A stretch of 64,000 nucleotides of DNA, taken from Frankiales bacterium (GTDB lineage Bacteria; Actinomycetota; Actinomycetes; JAWWOW01). Every line of letters begins with the position of its first letter. Position 1 is the first letter of the stretch. Shown piece by piece: positions 19,756 through 29,390 of this stretch. Position numbers and translations under genes: made by a program. The notes below the pieces were generated by a model, which did not search any database, was not told the origin of the DNA, and was given only the letters and a program-made list of their open reading frames with translations. The stretch is from NCBI GenBank assembly GCA_033851265.1, contig JAWWOW010000023.1, positions 96,675-160,674 of the forward strand, given 5' to 3'.

Positions 19756-21393
19756 ATGACGTTCAACAGTGCATCCATGGTCTGGCATGGCTGGGGCGAC
19801 CCGGCCCGGCGCACCGGCATCCCACCCAAGGCGATGGCCATGCTCCGCAAGGAGCTCGGCCTCTCCGCGACGAGCACGCCACCGGTAGGCGAACCTGCGC
19901 TGCGGATGCGTCCGAGCGCACTGCCCGACACTGCCGCGCAGCGACTCACCGACGTCGTCGGCCCCGACAACATGCGCACCGACCGCGAGGCGCGACTGCT
20001 GCACGCCGGCGGCAAGAGCTATCCCGACTTGCTCCGTCGACGCACCGGCGATGCCGTGGATGCACCGGACGCCGTCGTGCTGCCGGGTTCACACGACGAC
20101 GTGGTTGCGGTGCTTGCTGTCTGCGCCGAGGAAGGCATTGCCGTTGTCCCGTTCGGCGGTGGCACCAGCGTCGTCGGTGGTGTCGAGCCGGTGCGCGGGC
20201 GCTTCCCTGCAGTGATCGCACTCGACCTGTCACGACTCGACCGGCTCGTGTCCGTCGACCGCGAGTCGCTCACAGCAACGATGCAAGCAGGACTGCGCGG
20301 CCCACAGGCCGAGGAGCTGCTCAACCAACGCGGTCTCACTCTCGGCCATTTCCCGCAGTCCTATGAGCACGCGACAATCGGTGGCTACGCAGCGACCCGG
20401 TCGGCAGGTCAGGCGTCCACCGGCTACGGCCGCTTCGACGAACTTGTCGTTGGTGTCCGGATGGCAACGCCGACCGGAGAGCTCTTGCTCGACCACGGGC
20501 CGGCATCTGCTGCCGGCCCTGACCTGCGCGCGATCGCCGTGGGATCGGAAGGCGTGCTCGGGATCATCACCGAGGTGACGTTGCATGTGCGTCCCACGCC
20601 CGACCGCAAGGTCTACGAAGGCTGGCTGTTCCGCAACTTCCACGACGGTGCCACCGCACTACGCCGACTTGCGCAAGAACGCGTCGCTCCCGATGTCGTG
20701 CGGCTCTCCGATGAGCACGAGACCCGGGTGACGATGGCGCTCGCCAACCGCACCGGTAGCAAGGCGCGGTTGGAGTCGGCCGTCCTTCGAGCGAGGGGGT
20801 ACGCCGAGGGTTGTCTCGTCATCGTCGGCTGGGAAGGCACCGACAACTCGGTCCGCGCCCGTCGCAAGGCGAGCACCGCCGTACTCAAGGAGTCGCGTGG
20901 GCTGCGCCTCGGCGAGGGCGTCGGCGAAGCCTGGGAACACGGGCGGTTCAACGGGCCGTACCTGCGCGACGAGCTGATGGACCGCGGCGTCTTCGTCGAG
21001 ACCCTCGAGACCGCCGCGCCGTGGTCGAAACTGCACGAGCTGCATCAAGCGGTCCGCACCGCGCTGAACGACGCACTGACGCTCCGCGGCACACCACCGA
21101 TCGTCATGTGCCACATCTCGCACGTGTATGAGAGCGGTGGATCGCTCTACTTCACGTTTGCCGCGGCGGCGCAGCAGGGCCAAGAGCTCGATCAGTGGCG
21201 CGCGGCCAAAACCGCCGCGAGCAAGGCCATCGTCGCGACCGGGGCCACCATCACGCACCACCATGCGGTCGGCACCGACCACGCGCCGTACCTCTCCGCC
21301 GAGGTCGGCGACCTCGGCATCGACATCCTGAAGGCGGTCAAGGCACGCCTCGATCCAACCGGGATTCTCAACCCGGGCAAACTGATCCCGTGA
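19756..21393 (+). CDS. FAD-binding oxidoreductase, alkyl-DHAP synthase-like (Rv2251-like)
   Basis: PFGGGTSV, GHFPQS, GSEGVLG, THHHAVG and LNPGKL motifs. Confidence 0.9.
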   Translation: MTFNSASMVWHGWGDPARRTGIPPKAMAMLRKELGLSATSTPPVGEPALRMRPSALPDTAAQRLTDVVGPDNMRTDREARLLHAGGKSYPDLLRRRTGDAVDAPDAVVLPGSHDDVVAVLAVCAEEGIAVVPFGGGTSVVGGVEPVRGRFPAVIALDLSRLDRLVSVDRESLTATMQAGLRGPQAEELLNQRGLTLGHFPQSYEHATIGGYAATRSAGQASTGYGRFDELVVGVRMATPTGELLLDHGPASAAGPDLRAIAVGSEGVLGIITEVTLHVRPTPDRKVYEGWLFRNFHDGATALRRLAQERVAPDVVRLSDEHETRVTMALANRTGSKARLESAVLRARGYAEGCLVIVGWEGTDNSVRARRKASTAVLKESRGLRLGEGVGEAWEHGRFNGPYLRDELMDRGVFVETLETAAPWSKLHELHQAVRTALNDALTLRGTPPIVMCHISHVYESGGSLYFTFAAAAQQGQELDQWRAAKTAASKAIVATGATITHHHAVGTDHAPYLSAEVGDLGIDILKAVKARLDPTGILNPGKLIP

Positions 21394-22970
21394 CCGACGC
21401 GGAAAACACGGACAAGACCCTCAAGGACATCGCCGGCGAACTGGCGGAGCGGCGTACCGATTTCCTGCAGATGGGCGGGCCGACCGGTGTCGAGCGCCAG
21501 CATTCGCAGGGCAAGTTGACGGTCCGCCAACGACTCGACCTTCTCTTTGATGAGGGAACCTTCGTCGAGACCGGTCTCTACGCGCAGGCGGTTGACTCAC
21601 CGCAGTCCGAGGGCAAGCGCACGCCGGCCGACGGTTGCATCACCGGTGTCGGCAAGATCGATGGGCGTCCCGTCACTGTCATTGCGTACGACTTCACGGT
21701 GCTCGCCGGCTCGATCGGTCAACACGGTGAACGTAAAGCGGCCCGTGCCCGCGACATGGCGCTCAAGCACGGCACGCCCGTCGTCTACCTGCTCGACTCC
21801 GCGGGTGCGCGCGTCACTGAGACCGTCGGTGCGGCGTTCGCCGGTGCTGGCGACTTGTTCCGTGAGATCACCGTGATGAGTGGTGTGCTCCCGCAGGTCG
21901 CGGCGATGCTCGGTCCGTGTTCGGCGGGTACGGCGTACATCCCCGCCCTCTGTGACTTCGTGCCGATGGTGAAGGGCACGTCCTCGATGGCGTTGGCCGG
22001 TGTCCACCTTGTGCGCGCGGCCACTGGCGAGGAAGTCACCGAGGAAGAGATGGGCGGCAGCGGCGTACACACCAAGACGTCCGGTGTGGCCGACCTCGAA
22101 TGCGAGGACGACGCGGAGTGTCTGCGGGTTGTCCGCGAGTACTTGTCGTTCTTCCCGTCGCGGTACGGCGATCCACTGCCGACGCGTGACAGCAAGGACC
22201 CGGTCGACCGGCGTTCGGAAAAGCTCTACGACATCGTCCCGACGAACCCGCGGCAGGCCTACGACATGCGCCGTGTGGTCAAGGAGATCGTCGACGACGG
22301 CGAGTTCTTCGCGATCAAGCCGGAATGGGCCAAGGCGGTGCTGACCGGCTTTGCGCGTTTCGGTGGGCGTCCGGTCGGCATCATCGCGTCGCAACCGATG
22401 ATCCGGGCCGGCTCACTCGGTATCGATGAGGCGGACAAATGCGCGCGCTTCATCAACATCTGCGACTCGTTCGACATCCCGCTCGTCTTCCTCGTCGACG
22501 TGCCGGGATTCGTTGTGGGTAAAGAGGTCGAGCACAAAGGGATCATTCGGCACGGCGCAAAGATGTTGCACAACGTCTCCGAAGCAACCGTGCCCAAGAT
22601 CACGGTCGCACTGCGCAAGGCGTACGGCGCCGGCTACTTCGTGATGGCAGGACGGCAGTACGAGTCCGACCACCTCATCGCCTGGCCGACCGCAGAGTTT
22701 TCCGTGATGGGACCGGAGGGTGCGGTCAACATCCTGTTTCGCAAGCAGCTCGCAGCCGCGGAGAACGACGAGGCCCGTGAGCAGATGCGACTGGAGTTCG
22801 TCGCCGGTCTGCGTTCGTCGATCGACCCGTTCCTGTCCGCGAAGATGGGTTTCGTCGACGACATCATCGATCCGGCCGACACCCGCCGGCACATCATCGA
22901 GGGACTCGAGATCTCTGAGCGCAAACGCGTCCTGCGCCCCAAGCGCAAGCGCGGCATCATTCCTGTCTGA
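21390..22970 (+). CDS. Acyl-CoA carboxylase beta (carboxyltransferase) subunit
   Basis: GKLTVRQR, DFTVLAGS, DSAGAR, DVPGF and RKAYGAGY; GTGA overlap with the upstream gene. Confidence 0.93.
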   Translation: MTDAENTDKTLKDIAGELAERRTDFLQMGGPTGVERQHSQGKLTVRQRLDLLFDEGTFVETGLYAQAVDSPQSEGKRTPADGCITGVGKIDGRPVTVIAYDFTVLAGSIGQHGERKAARARDMALKHGTPVVYLLDSAGARVTETVGAAFAGAGDLFREITVMSGVLPQVAAMLGPCSAGTAYIPALCDFVPMVKGTSSMALAGVHLVRAATGEEVTEEEMGGSGVHTKTSGVADLECEDDAECLRVVREYLSFFPSRYGDPLPTRDSKDPVDRRSEKLYDIVPTNPRQAYDMRRVVKEIVDDGEFFAIKPEWAKAVLTGFARFGGRPVGIIASQPMIRAGSLGIDEADKCARFINICDSFDIPLVFLVDVPGFVVGKEVEHKGIIRHGAKMLHNVSEATVPKITVALRKAYGAGYFVMAGRQYESDHLIAWPTAEFSVMGPEGAVNILFRKQLAAAENDEAREQMRLEFVAGLRSSIDPFLSAKMGFVDDIIDPADTRRHIIEGLEISERKRVLRPKRKRGIIPV

Positions 22971-23026
22971 GGTGCAACTAGACCGAACCGATAACTCGGA
23001 CCGCCTCCCTTCGTATTGGTTAGACG

Positions 23027-24568
23027 TTAGGGGTCCGACAGGTTGAGCATGGCGCGGTCCGCTCCCGCTGGTCCAATAAGCACGACATTTACGTCGTCAT
23101 CCCGCAGGGCGATGGCGCAGCGTGGTGCTAGTTCACCGGCGGCCTGCAATGACAAGACTTGGTGCTGCCAAAAAGCCGGTGGCATCTGGGTACGAGGGAC
23201 CGCGGCGGTGCAAAGGGTGATTGCCGATCCGGGGCGTCTGATCATTAGGTGATGCTCATCCAGCGGTACGGCATCCACGGGTTGCCACGGTCTCGTGCGT
23301 GAGACAAATTTTGAGCGATGGAACCATCCAAGGCGGCGGCCAACAACGAACGCGGCAGCCAGGAACGGAATGACGCCAAACACGATCGGCTCAACAGGGT
23401 CGTACGGTTCGGCTGACAGCCGCAGCTTGCTGGGGTGGGATGGGGTAGTGACTGCCGGGTACCGCCGACCGACGGTGTAGTCCTCCGGGTAGTCCGCGGG
23501 CGCGGCCCCGACCACTTCGCGGCCGTCTTTCGCGGTGTATCTGACTCGCAGTGCGGTGCCGTCATCAATGACCGCGAGTACCTCTGCGATGACGCGATCA
23601 CCCGAGCGCTCCAGCTGCTTCGCCTCCGCTCGGTTGGTCAGGGTGAGTGCAACCGTCGCAGTCGCTAGTGCAGACGCCACCGCTAGCGTGCCGAGGTAGG
23701 CAGCAAGGCGCGATTGCCACCAGCGGGCGTTCGGAACTCGCCACTCCGGAACCCAGACTTGGCTGCGGAAGGGGGGTTGCTCCTGGACGTCTCTCTTAGG
23801 CTTTGGCAGGCGCTTACTTGACATCGCGCGGCTTGTCGGCCAGATGACAACATCGCCGGCCCGGGCGACGAGTCGTCCGAAAGGGCGCGGTGATCCCTTC
23901 ACCTCCACCGGAAATCGATGTGTGACGAGCGGGAGCCCATGGGTGGTCATGACGGAAACCGCGCAGATGGCGGGGCTGCCGTCCGCAGCATCGAGGGGAT
24001 ACAGACTCAGTTCGCAGCGCCGTCCTAGCAAGCGGGGTGGCGCGATCGCCGCCGTCATCGCATAAGTCGTCATACGAGCGTCGCTCGCCAACCGACGAAT
24101 GCGCCGGATGAAGAGCAGTCGGCGTACCCAGAGGACAAGTGGAACTAGTGGTAGCCAGCCGTATCCGAGGACATTTGCAGTGAGCCCCACCCGATCACCG
24201 GCTATTCGAGCTTCATCCGGATTGTTGCGGTCCACATTGAGCTCGACGTTTCCACCGGATGATGCTGGTCGAAGTGCTGACCGATAGACCAAGACGTCGA
24301 GCCGCACAACTTGCGCCGTCGCAGGGTTGGTGTACCGCACAGGCACTTCATCGCTGCCGTCGTAGGTCGCGTCAACCAATGCTGAGACGCGGTAGCCGTG
24401 CTCAAAGCGATGTTCGGTTGCTCGGATGTCATGCGCGTCCCACGCCCATAGGAGGGCCACTGCCGCCATGGCAAAGATCAGCCAGGGCAGCGGACCGCGG
24501 ACGAAGCGACGTTGTGGGTCGCGAACGTGGAGGCGGTCAGTTGTCAGGTGTCGATGCCTCAATAACAT
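23027..24568 (-). CDS. Hypothetical membrane protein with two DUF3592-like units
   Basis: Two TM-beta-TM modules (...VPVRYTNP... and ...LRVRYTAKDG...); start uncertain. Confidence 0.55.
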   Translation of the reverse strand: MLLRHRHLTTDRLHVRDPQRRFVRGPLPWLIFAMAAVALLWAWDAHDIRATEHRFEHGYRVSALVDATYDGSDEVPVRYTNPATAQVVRLDVLVYRSALRPASSGGNVELNVDRNNPDEARIAGDRVGLTANVLGYGWLPLVPLVLWVRRLLFIRRIRRLASDARMTTYAMTAAIAPPRLLGRRCELSLYPLDAADGSPAICAVSVMTTHGLPLVTHRFPVEVKGSPRPFGRLVARAGDVVIWPTSRAMSSKRLPKPKRDVQEQPPFRSQVWVPEWRVPNARWWQSRLAAYLGTLAVASALATATVALTLTNRAEAKQLERSGDRVIAEVLAVIDDGTALRVRYTAKDGREVVGAAPADYPEDYTVGRRYPAVTTPSHPSKLRLSAEPYDPVEPIVFGVIPFLAAAFVVGRRLGWFHRSKFVSRTRPWQPVDAVPLDEHHLMIRRPGSAITLCTAAVPRTQMPPAFWQHQVLSLQAAGELAPRCAIALRDDDVNVVLIGPAGADRAMLNLSDP

Positions 24569-25094
24569 CGGGAGACGGCAGTGCCCGCGGCGACTCGGCC
24601 TCATGTCCTGGTTCGGTCGCTGTGACGTCTAACCCGCCGCCGTCGCCTTGATCGTCATCGAGTGGGCGCAGCGTCCGGCGATCCCAACGAGCGATGCGGA
24701 GTTGGTTCTCCGCGAGAAAAATCGCTCCAAGCGAGAGGATGCCAAAGGCAGCCGCTATGACGGGTCCCCGGGTGCCGCTGTGGGCCGCGTCGATAAGTCC
24801 GATCGCTACACCGAGGAGTGCGCTGAGGAGCGCTAGCACCGCGGCAGATGGCCAACCACGCAACAGTGCCACTACCGAGGTCACGATCGATACGGCGCCC
24901 ACGCTTGCGAGCCCCGCGACCCACGCCCTGTGTTCGGGGCAAAGCGTGTCCGTGGACATCATGCCGACGAAGACGGCGAGCATGGCGAACGCCACAGACA
25001 CGGAAACCCAGCGTCGTGGGCCAGTCGGTGGCCGGCCCGGTCCGTCGCGCTCGGTCCAGGCGAGAACTTCGCCCGCCTGCCAATCGTCGCCCAT
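24537..25094 (-). CDS. Hypothetical 4-TM membrane protein
   Basis: ATG with GGAGGG RBS; four hydrophobic segments. Confidence 0.65.
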   Translation of the reverse strand: MGDDWQAGEVLAWTERDGPGRPPTGPRRWVSVSVAFAMLAVFVGMMSTDTLCPEHRAWVAGLASVGAVSIVTSVVALLRGWPSAAVLALLSALLGVAIGLIDAAHSGTRGPVIAAAFGILSLGAIFLAENQLRIARWDRRTLRPLDDDQGDGGGLDVTATEPGHEAESPRALPSPDVIEASTPDN

Positions 25095-25168
25095 ACGTCC
25101 CTCCGACGTTTCAAGACACAGCCAGTATCAACGATCGCGGCCGCTTTGTCCCCCGTCCATACCCCGTG

Positions 25169-25795
25169 CTAGACGCTTGTGTGTTGGCGGGTCCATTCGT
25201 ACATGGCGATCGCGGCCGCAGCGCCGGCGTTGATCGATCGCGTCGACCCGAACTGTCTGATGTGGAGTACGACGTCGGCGATTGAGCAGGCGTCGTCGGT
25301 CAGTCCGGGCCCCTCTTGGCCGAACAACATGACGCACGCACGGGGCAGCTCGTAGGTGTCGATCGGATGCGAGCCGGAGACGTTGTCGATCCCGATGATC
25401 GGGATGGAACGTTCTTGTGACCACGTTCGGAGGTCAACGAGTGTCGCGTGGTGCTGCACGTGCTGATACCTGTCGGTCACCATCGCACCGCGACGGTTCC
25501 ACCGTTTGCGGCCAACGATGTGCACCGAATCGGCGAGGAACGCGTTCGCGCAGCGCACCGCCGTACCGATGTTCAGGTCGTGTGCCCAGTTCTCGATCGC
25601 GACGTGGAACGGGTGTCGCCGCGTGTCGAGATCAGCGACGATCGCGTCGCGCGACCAGTAGCGGTAACCATCGACCACGTTGCGCCGGTCGCCTTCGCGC
25701 AGCAGTTCGGGATCGAGCCGGTCGTCCTCCGGCCACGGCAAAGGGTGTGGGCCGACACCCACTTCGGGCTCGGCTGAGTCCGACGCCCACGACAT
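25169..25795 (-). CDS. TrmH/SpoU family RNA methyltransferase
   Basis: NIGTAVRCANAF, LFGQEGPGL and STRSINAGAA SPOUT motifs. Confidence 0.92.
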   Translation of the reverse strand: MSWASDSAEPEVGVGPHPLPWPEDDRLDPELLREGDRRNVVDGYRYWSRDAIVADLDTRRHPFHVAIENWAHDLNIGTAVRCANAFLADSVHIVGRKRWNRRGAMVTDRYQHVQHHATLVDLRTWSQERSIPIIGIDNVSGSHPIDTYELPRACVMLFGQEGPGLTDDACSIADVVLHIRQFGSTRSINAGAAAAIAMYEWTRQHTSV

Positions 25796-25877
25796 CGCCG
25801 ACGGTCCCTCGTCGAAGTCACGCGTCCTCGGGGCCACGCACGTATCTTGCGTGATGCCAAGGACCCGAGGGGAAGCC

Positions 25878-26544
25878 ATGACGTCTGACGATCCGCGTGC
25901 CGCGTTTGCCACCCAGTTGCGCGGTGCGATTGACGACTTCCTGTCCTTTGAGCACACCGACGCCGACCTGACTGCGGCGGCCGGCCTGATGCGGGGCGCG
26001 CGTGGGCTCCTGGCCGGGCCGCCGGCCCCCCGGCTATTACGAGCGCGTTGTCGACAGCCATGCGGACCGGGCGGCGACGTTCGCGGACTACCTCAACGAG
26101 ACCCCTTTCGGCGGCGGCACCCACCCGATCAGTCCCCCGGGATCCGTCACGTTGAATCCCGATGGCTCGGTGACCGGGCTGGTTACTGCGGGCCGCCCCT
26201 ACGAGGGTCCGGCTCGGTGTATGCATGGCGGGTTCGTCGCCGGCCTGTTCGATCATTTCCTTGGGATGTCGCAGCACGCGTACAACCAGGCGAACGGCAC
26301 CAACGTCATGGGGGCGACGCGGGAGCTCACCGTCCGGTTCAAGAAACCAACACCACTCGACACCGAGCTGACGTTTCGTGCCTGGTTGGAAGACGTCGAC
26401 GAACGAACGCTGCGCGGCCACGCGACCTGCCACGCCGGCGACGTGCTCACGGCGAGCGCCGAGTGCGAGTTCGTGAAGCTCGGTGTCGAGCGCATCCTCT
26501 CCACCGACCCAGATGGGTTCAACGCTCCGCGACCGTCCGCTTAG
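25878..26544 (+). pseudogene. PaaI family thioesterase split by one extra base in a C6 run (pseudogene or assembly error)
   Basis: ATG 25878 with GAGGGG RBS reads MTSDDPRAAFATQLR...AGPPAP; the hotdog domain (YEGPARCMHGGFVAGLFD) is in another frame; removing one C at 26026-26031 joins them. Confidence 0.75.
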
Positions 26545-26566
26545 CCCGCGCCGTACCCTGCTTGCC

Positions 26567-26824
26567 GTGTCCGTCCCCGCTCCCACGCCGACAACACGAT
26601 GGCGCTGCACGCTGTGCGGCAACCTCACGCGCTTTGACGTCACACGCACGACTCGGGCTACCGAGTTCGTCCACCTCGACTTGGCGGGGGAGCCCAACGT
26701 CGAGGAGCGCGAGGTGCTCGCCGACTCGATCGAGCATGTGACGTGTCGGTGGTGCAACGCCGTCGACCAGGTCGAGTTGATCGACCGACCCGACGTCCCG
26801 GCGGCGACTGGGGAGGGTCGCTGA
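26567..26824 (+). CDS. Small conserved zinc-ribbon-like protein
   Basis: WRCTLCGNLTRFDV ... CRWC. Confidence 0.8.
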   Translation: MSVPAPTPTTRWRCTLCGNLTRFDVTRTTRATEFVHLDLAGEPNVEEREVLADSIEHVTCRWCNAVDQVELIDRPDVPAATGEGR

Positions 26825-26870
26825 CCTTTCTTCCGTCGTACGCCGGAGCGACACGCCGCGTTCGGAGAAC

Positions 26871-26892
26871 TGTCAGTGGCCGTCATTAGCGT
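26871..26892 (+). promoter_or_regulatory. PafBC-type (RecA-NDp) promoter
   Basis: TGTCAG-tggccgtcat-TA-gcg-T. Confidence 0.7.
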
Positions 26893-26920
26893 CCCTGTTG
26901 TGAGTTCACGGGAGGCGAAG

Positions 26921-27160
26921 ATGACGGAGTTCTCGGCGTTCGGTGCCGACCCTGGTGGTCTGGTCATCGACTGCGAAACCTGCACCGTGCGCGGCGTGGG
27001 CTGCGACGACTGCGTCGTCACGGCGCTGCTCGACATGGACGGCCTGACGTCCGAGCAGGATCTCGAGCTGGATGCCGACGAGGCGCGGGCGCTCGACGTG
27101 CTGGCCTCCGGAGGCTTGCTGCCACCGCTCCGGCTCGCCCCCCGGGCCCAGACCGGCTAA
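26921..27160 (+). CDS. Small Cys-rich protein (Rv2190A-like)
   Basis: GGAGG RBS; VIDCETC....GCDDCVVTALL ... ALDVLASGGLLPPLRL; lies upstream of NlpC/P60. Confidence 0.8.
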   Translation: MTEFSAFGADPGGLVIDCETCTVRGVGCDDCVVTALLDMDGLTSEQDLELDADEARALDVLASGGLLPPLRLAPRAQTG

Positions 27161-27370
27161 CCCATCGTGATCATGGTCAGCCGGCGAACTTGATCATGGT
27201 TCTAGTGACAATTAGTGACGAGCTATGTCCGGTTTCAGCCGGAGAATCCAGAACGCGTACCAGAAAGTGATCCACACTGGGGGGTCTGAACTTGCTTAGG
27301 TCACGGTTAGGTCTCTATGGTCTCCGTGACAGTTTGGATCGGAAGCCGCCCGTCGGGCGGCGTCTGACTG

Positions 27371-27523
27371 TTACCGCCGAGTCTGGTTGACGAACGGTCG
27401 ACCGGAGCCGGGGACCCAAGGTTCCTGGGGTGAATCGGGGGTCGCTGCCCCTCAGCAGCGGCCAGCCGTAGGGCGATCTTCCCGCCCGAACCCGTCAGCT
27501 CACCCGGTAGGCGGACGAGGAAG
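27371..27523 (+). ncRNA. c-di-AMP (ydaO/yuaA) riboswitch
   Basis: Conserved blocks CCGCCGAGTC, GGAGCCGGGGACCCA, GGGGTGAATC, GTAGGGCGATCTTCC, CCCGAACCCGTCAGCT and ACCCGGTAGGC upstream of a cell-wall hydrolase; boundaries approximate. Confidence 0.92.
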
Positions 27524-27541
27524 AAGGAGAGCCGCCCCCTC

Positions 27542-28555
27542 GTGGCGACCCCCCGGTCTTTTAAGCATGCCCTGTTCGTAATCGTTGCCGCCGGCGTTAC
27601 CGCTGTCGGCCTGTTCCCCGCGTCCAGTACCAAGGCGGAGCCCTCAAAGAGCCTCGCCGAGGTCCAACGCGAGGTCGACGCGCTCAACGCCAAGTTGGAT
27701 GGCGCGATCGAGAACTACAACCAGGCGCGGATTCAGCTGTCCGCTGCCTCCCGCCGTACCGCCGCTGCTGAGCGACTCGTCGCCAAGGAGCAAAAGGCGG
27801 TCGAGGCCAAGCGCAAGTCGATGAGCCGCGTCGCCATTGCGGCCTACCGGTCGGGCGGTGCCAACACGATCCTCACGCTCGTCACGACCAAGGACCCGCA
27901 GTCGTTCCTCGACCGCGCCTCATCGCTTGACCAGATCTCCGGCAACCAGGCCGACGCGTTGACCGCGCTGCGCACAGCGCAGGTGCGGCTCCAGCAGGTA
28001 CAGGCCGTCGCGGATCAGGAGCTGTCCAAGCAGCAGGCCGTCGCCAAGCAGCTGAAGGCGCAGAAGGACGGCATCGAGGCCACGCTCGCACAGCAGAGCC
28101 GTCTGCTGAGCGGTCTCAAGGCCGATGAGCGGGCCCGCCTCGCAGCAGCAGCCGCCGCCCGCTCCCGGGCAGCCAGGGCCCAGCATGCGACCTACAACGG
28201 CCCGGCCTCCGGTGCCGCTGCCGTCGCAGTGCGTTTCGCCTACAACCAGCTCGGTAAGCCGTACTCCTGGGGCGCTTCCGGCCCCGGCTCGTACGACTGC
28301 TCGGGGCTGACAATGGCGTCGTGGGGCGCGGCAGGCGTCTCGTTGCCGCACTCGTCCAGTGCGCAGTACGGCTCGGGTCGTCACGTCTCGCGCAGTGAGC
28401 TCAAGCCGGGCGACCTCGTGTTCTACGGGAACCCGATTCACCACGTCGGCATCTACATCGGCAACGGCAACTACATCCACGCGCCGCACTCCGGTGACGT
28501 TGTGAGCATCGACCCAGCCTTCCGCGATGACTACGCAGGAGCGGTTCGCCCATAG
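27542..28555 (+). CDS. Secreted NlpC/P60 (C40) peptidoglycan endopeptidase with coiled coil (RipC-like)
   Basis: Signal peptide; GKPYSWG, YDCSGL, HHVGIY and HAPH motifs. Confidence 0.95.
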   Translation: MATPRSFKHALFVIVAAGVTAVGLFPASSTKAEPSKSLAEVQREVDALNAKLDGAIENYNQARIQLSAASRRTAAAERLVAKEQKAVEAKRKSMSRVAIAAYRSGGANTILTLVTTKDPQSFLDRASSLDQISGNQADALTALRTAQVRLQQVQAVADQELSKQQAVAKQLKAQKDGIEATLAQQSRLLSGLKADERARLAAAAAARSRAARAQHATYNGPASGAAAVAVRFAYNQLGKPYSWGASGPGSYDCSGLTMASWGAAGVSLPHSSSAQYGSGRHVSRSELKPGDLVFYGNPIHHVGIYIGNGNYIHAPHSGDVVSIDPAFRDDYAGAVRP

Positions 28556-28570
28556 CGCGTCCAGCCCAAC

Positions 28571-28602
28571 GAGCCCGGCCAGCAAAATCGGCCGGGCTCT
28601 TG
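28571..28602 (+). terminator. Probable intrinsic terminator hairpin
   Basis: GAGCCCGGCC-N9-GGCCGGGCTC starting 16 nt after the NlpC/P60 stop; weak U tail. Confidence 0.6.
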
Positions 28603-28646
28603 GCATGGCGCTTGTGAGTGGGCCTTCGGGCAGGGAGACTTCCGCG

Positions 28647-29390
28647 GTGCGCCAGTTGCACGTTGTATCCGTGAGCCCCGACGGCAAGTCGGTGCTCCTG
28701 TCCGGCACGTCCAAGAACGGCCGGGCCACTTATCGGGTGCCGATCAACGCGCGGCTGCGTACGGCGATCAACGGCGAAGTGCCATCGTCGAAGGCCGCTC
28801 CAGCCGAGGCTCCCCGGACCGAAAGCGCGCTCAGCCCGCGTGAGATGCAGGCTCGGCTCCGTGCCGGTGCCAGCGTCGAGGCCGTTGCCAAAGCCGCCGG
28901 GGTTCCGGTGGAACGCGTGGAGACGTACTTCGGCCCGGTGTTGTCCGAGCGGATCCAGGTCCTGGACGCCGCGCAGTCCTCGACGATGAACCGGCCACGG
29001 TGGGGAGACTCGGCGCGACCTCTTGGCGATGCGGTCACCGCCAACCTGGCGAAGACAGCCGGAATCCGCGAGGAAACCGTGACGTGGTCCACTCGCCGGC
29101 GCAAGGACGCGGTGTGGATCGTTCGCGTCGACTTCATCGCGCGCGGGCGTCGCCGCTCCGCCGAGTGGGAATGGGATCCGCGCGAACGCGAGCTCACCGC
29201 CATCGACCACACCGCGACATCGTTGGGGTACGTCGAGCCGCGCGGCGGCGCCCCCGGGCGTCGTACGTCGTCGTCGCGAACCACGGCGGCGCGGAAGAAG
29301 ACCACTAAGAAGGCAACCGCCAAGAAGCCCACGCGCAAGAAGACGACGGCGAAGAAGGCGACCCGCAGAAAGACACAGTCGCGTCGGTGA
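28647..29390 (+). CDS. sepH: Septation protein SepH (DUF3071) with Lys/Thr/Ala-rich tail
   Basis: GTG with GGGAG RBS; MRQLHVVSVSPDG, LSPREMQARLRAGAS, PVLSER and AEWEWD. Confidence 0.85.
   Translation: MRQLHVVSVSPDGKSVLLSGTSKNGRATYRVPINARLRTAINGEVPSSKAAPAEAPRTESALSPREMQARLRAGASVEAVAKAAGVPVERVETYFGPVLSERIQVLDAAQSSTMNRPRWGDSARPLGDAVTANLAKTAGIREETVTWSTRRRKDAVWIVRVDFIARGRRRSAEWEWDPRERELTAIDHTATSLGYVEPRGGAPGRRTSSSRTTAARKKTTKKATAKKPTRKKTTAKKATRRKTQSRR

Noticed and set aside
19137-20015. 812-aa version of glpD
   Set aside because: The extension overlaps the TetR and oxidoreductase genes; GlpD-like sequence starts at 19136.
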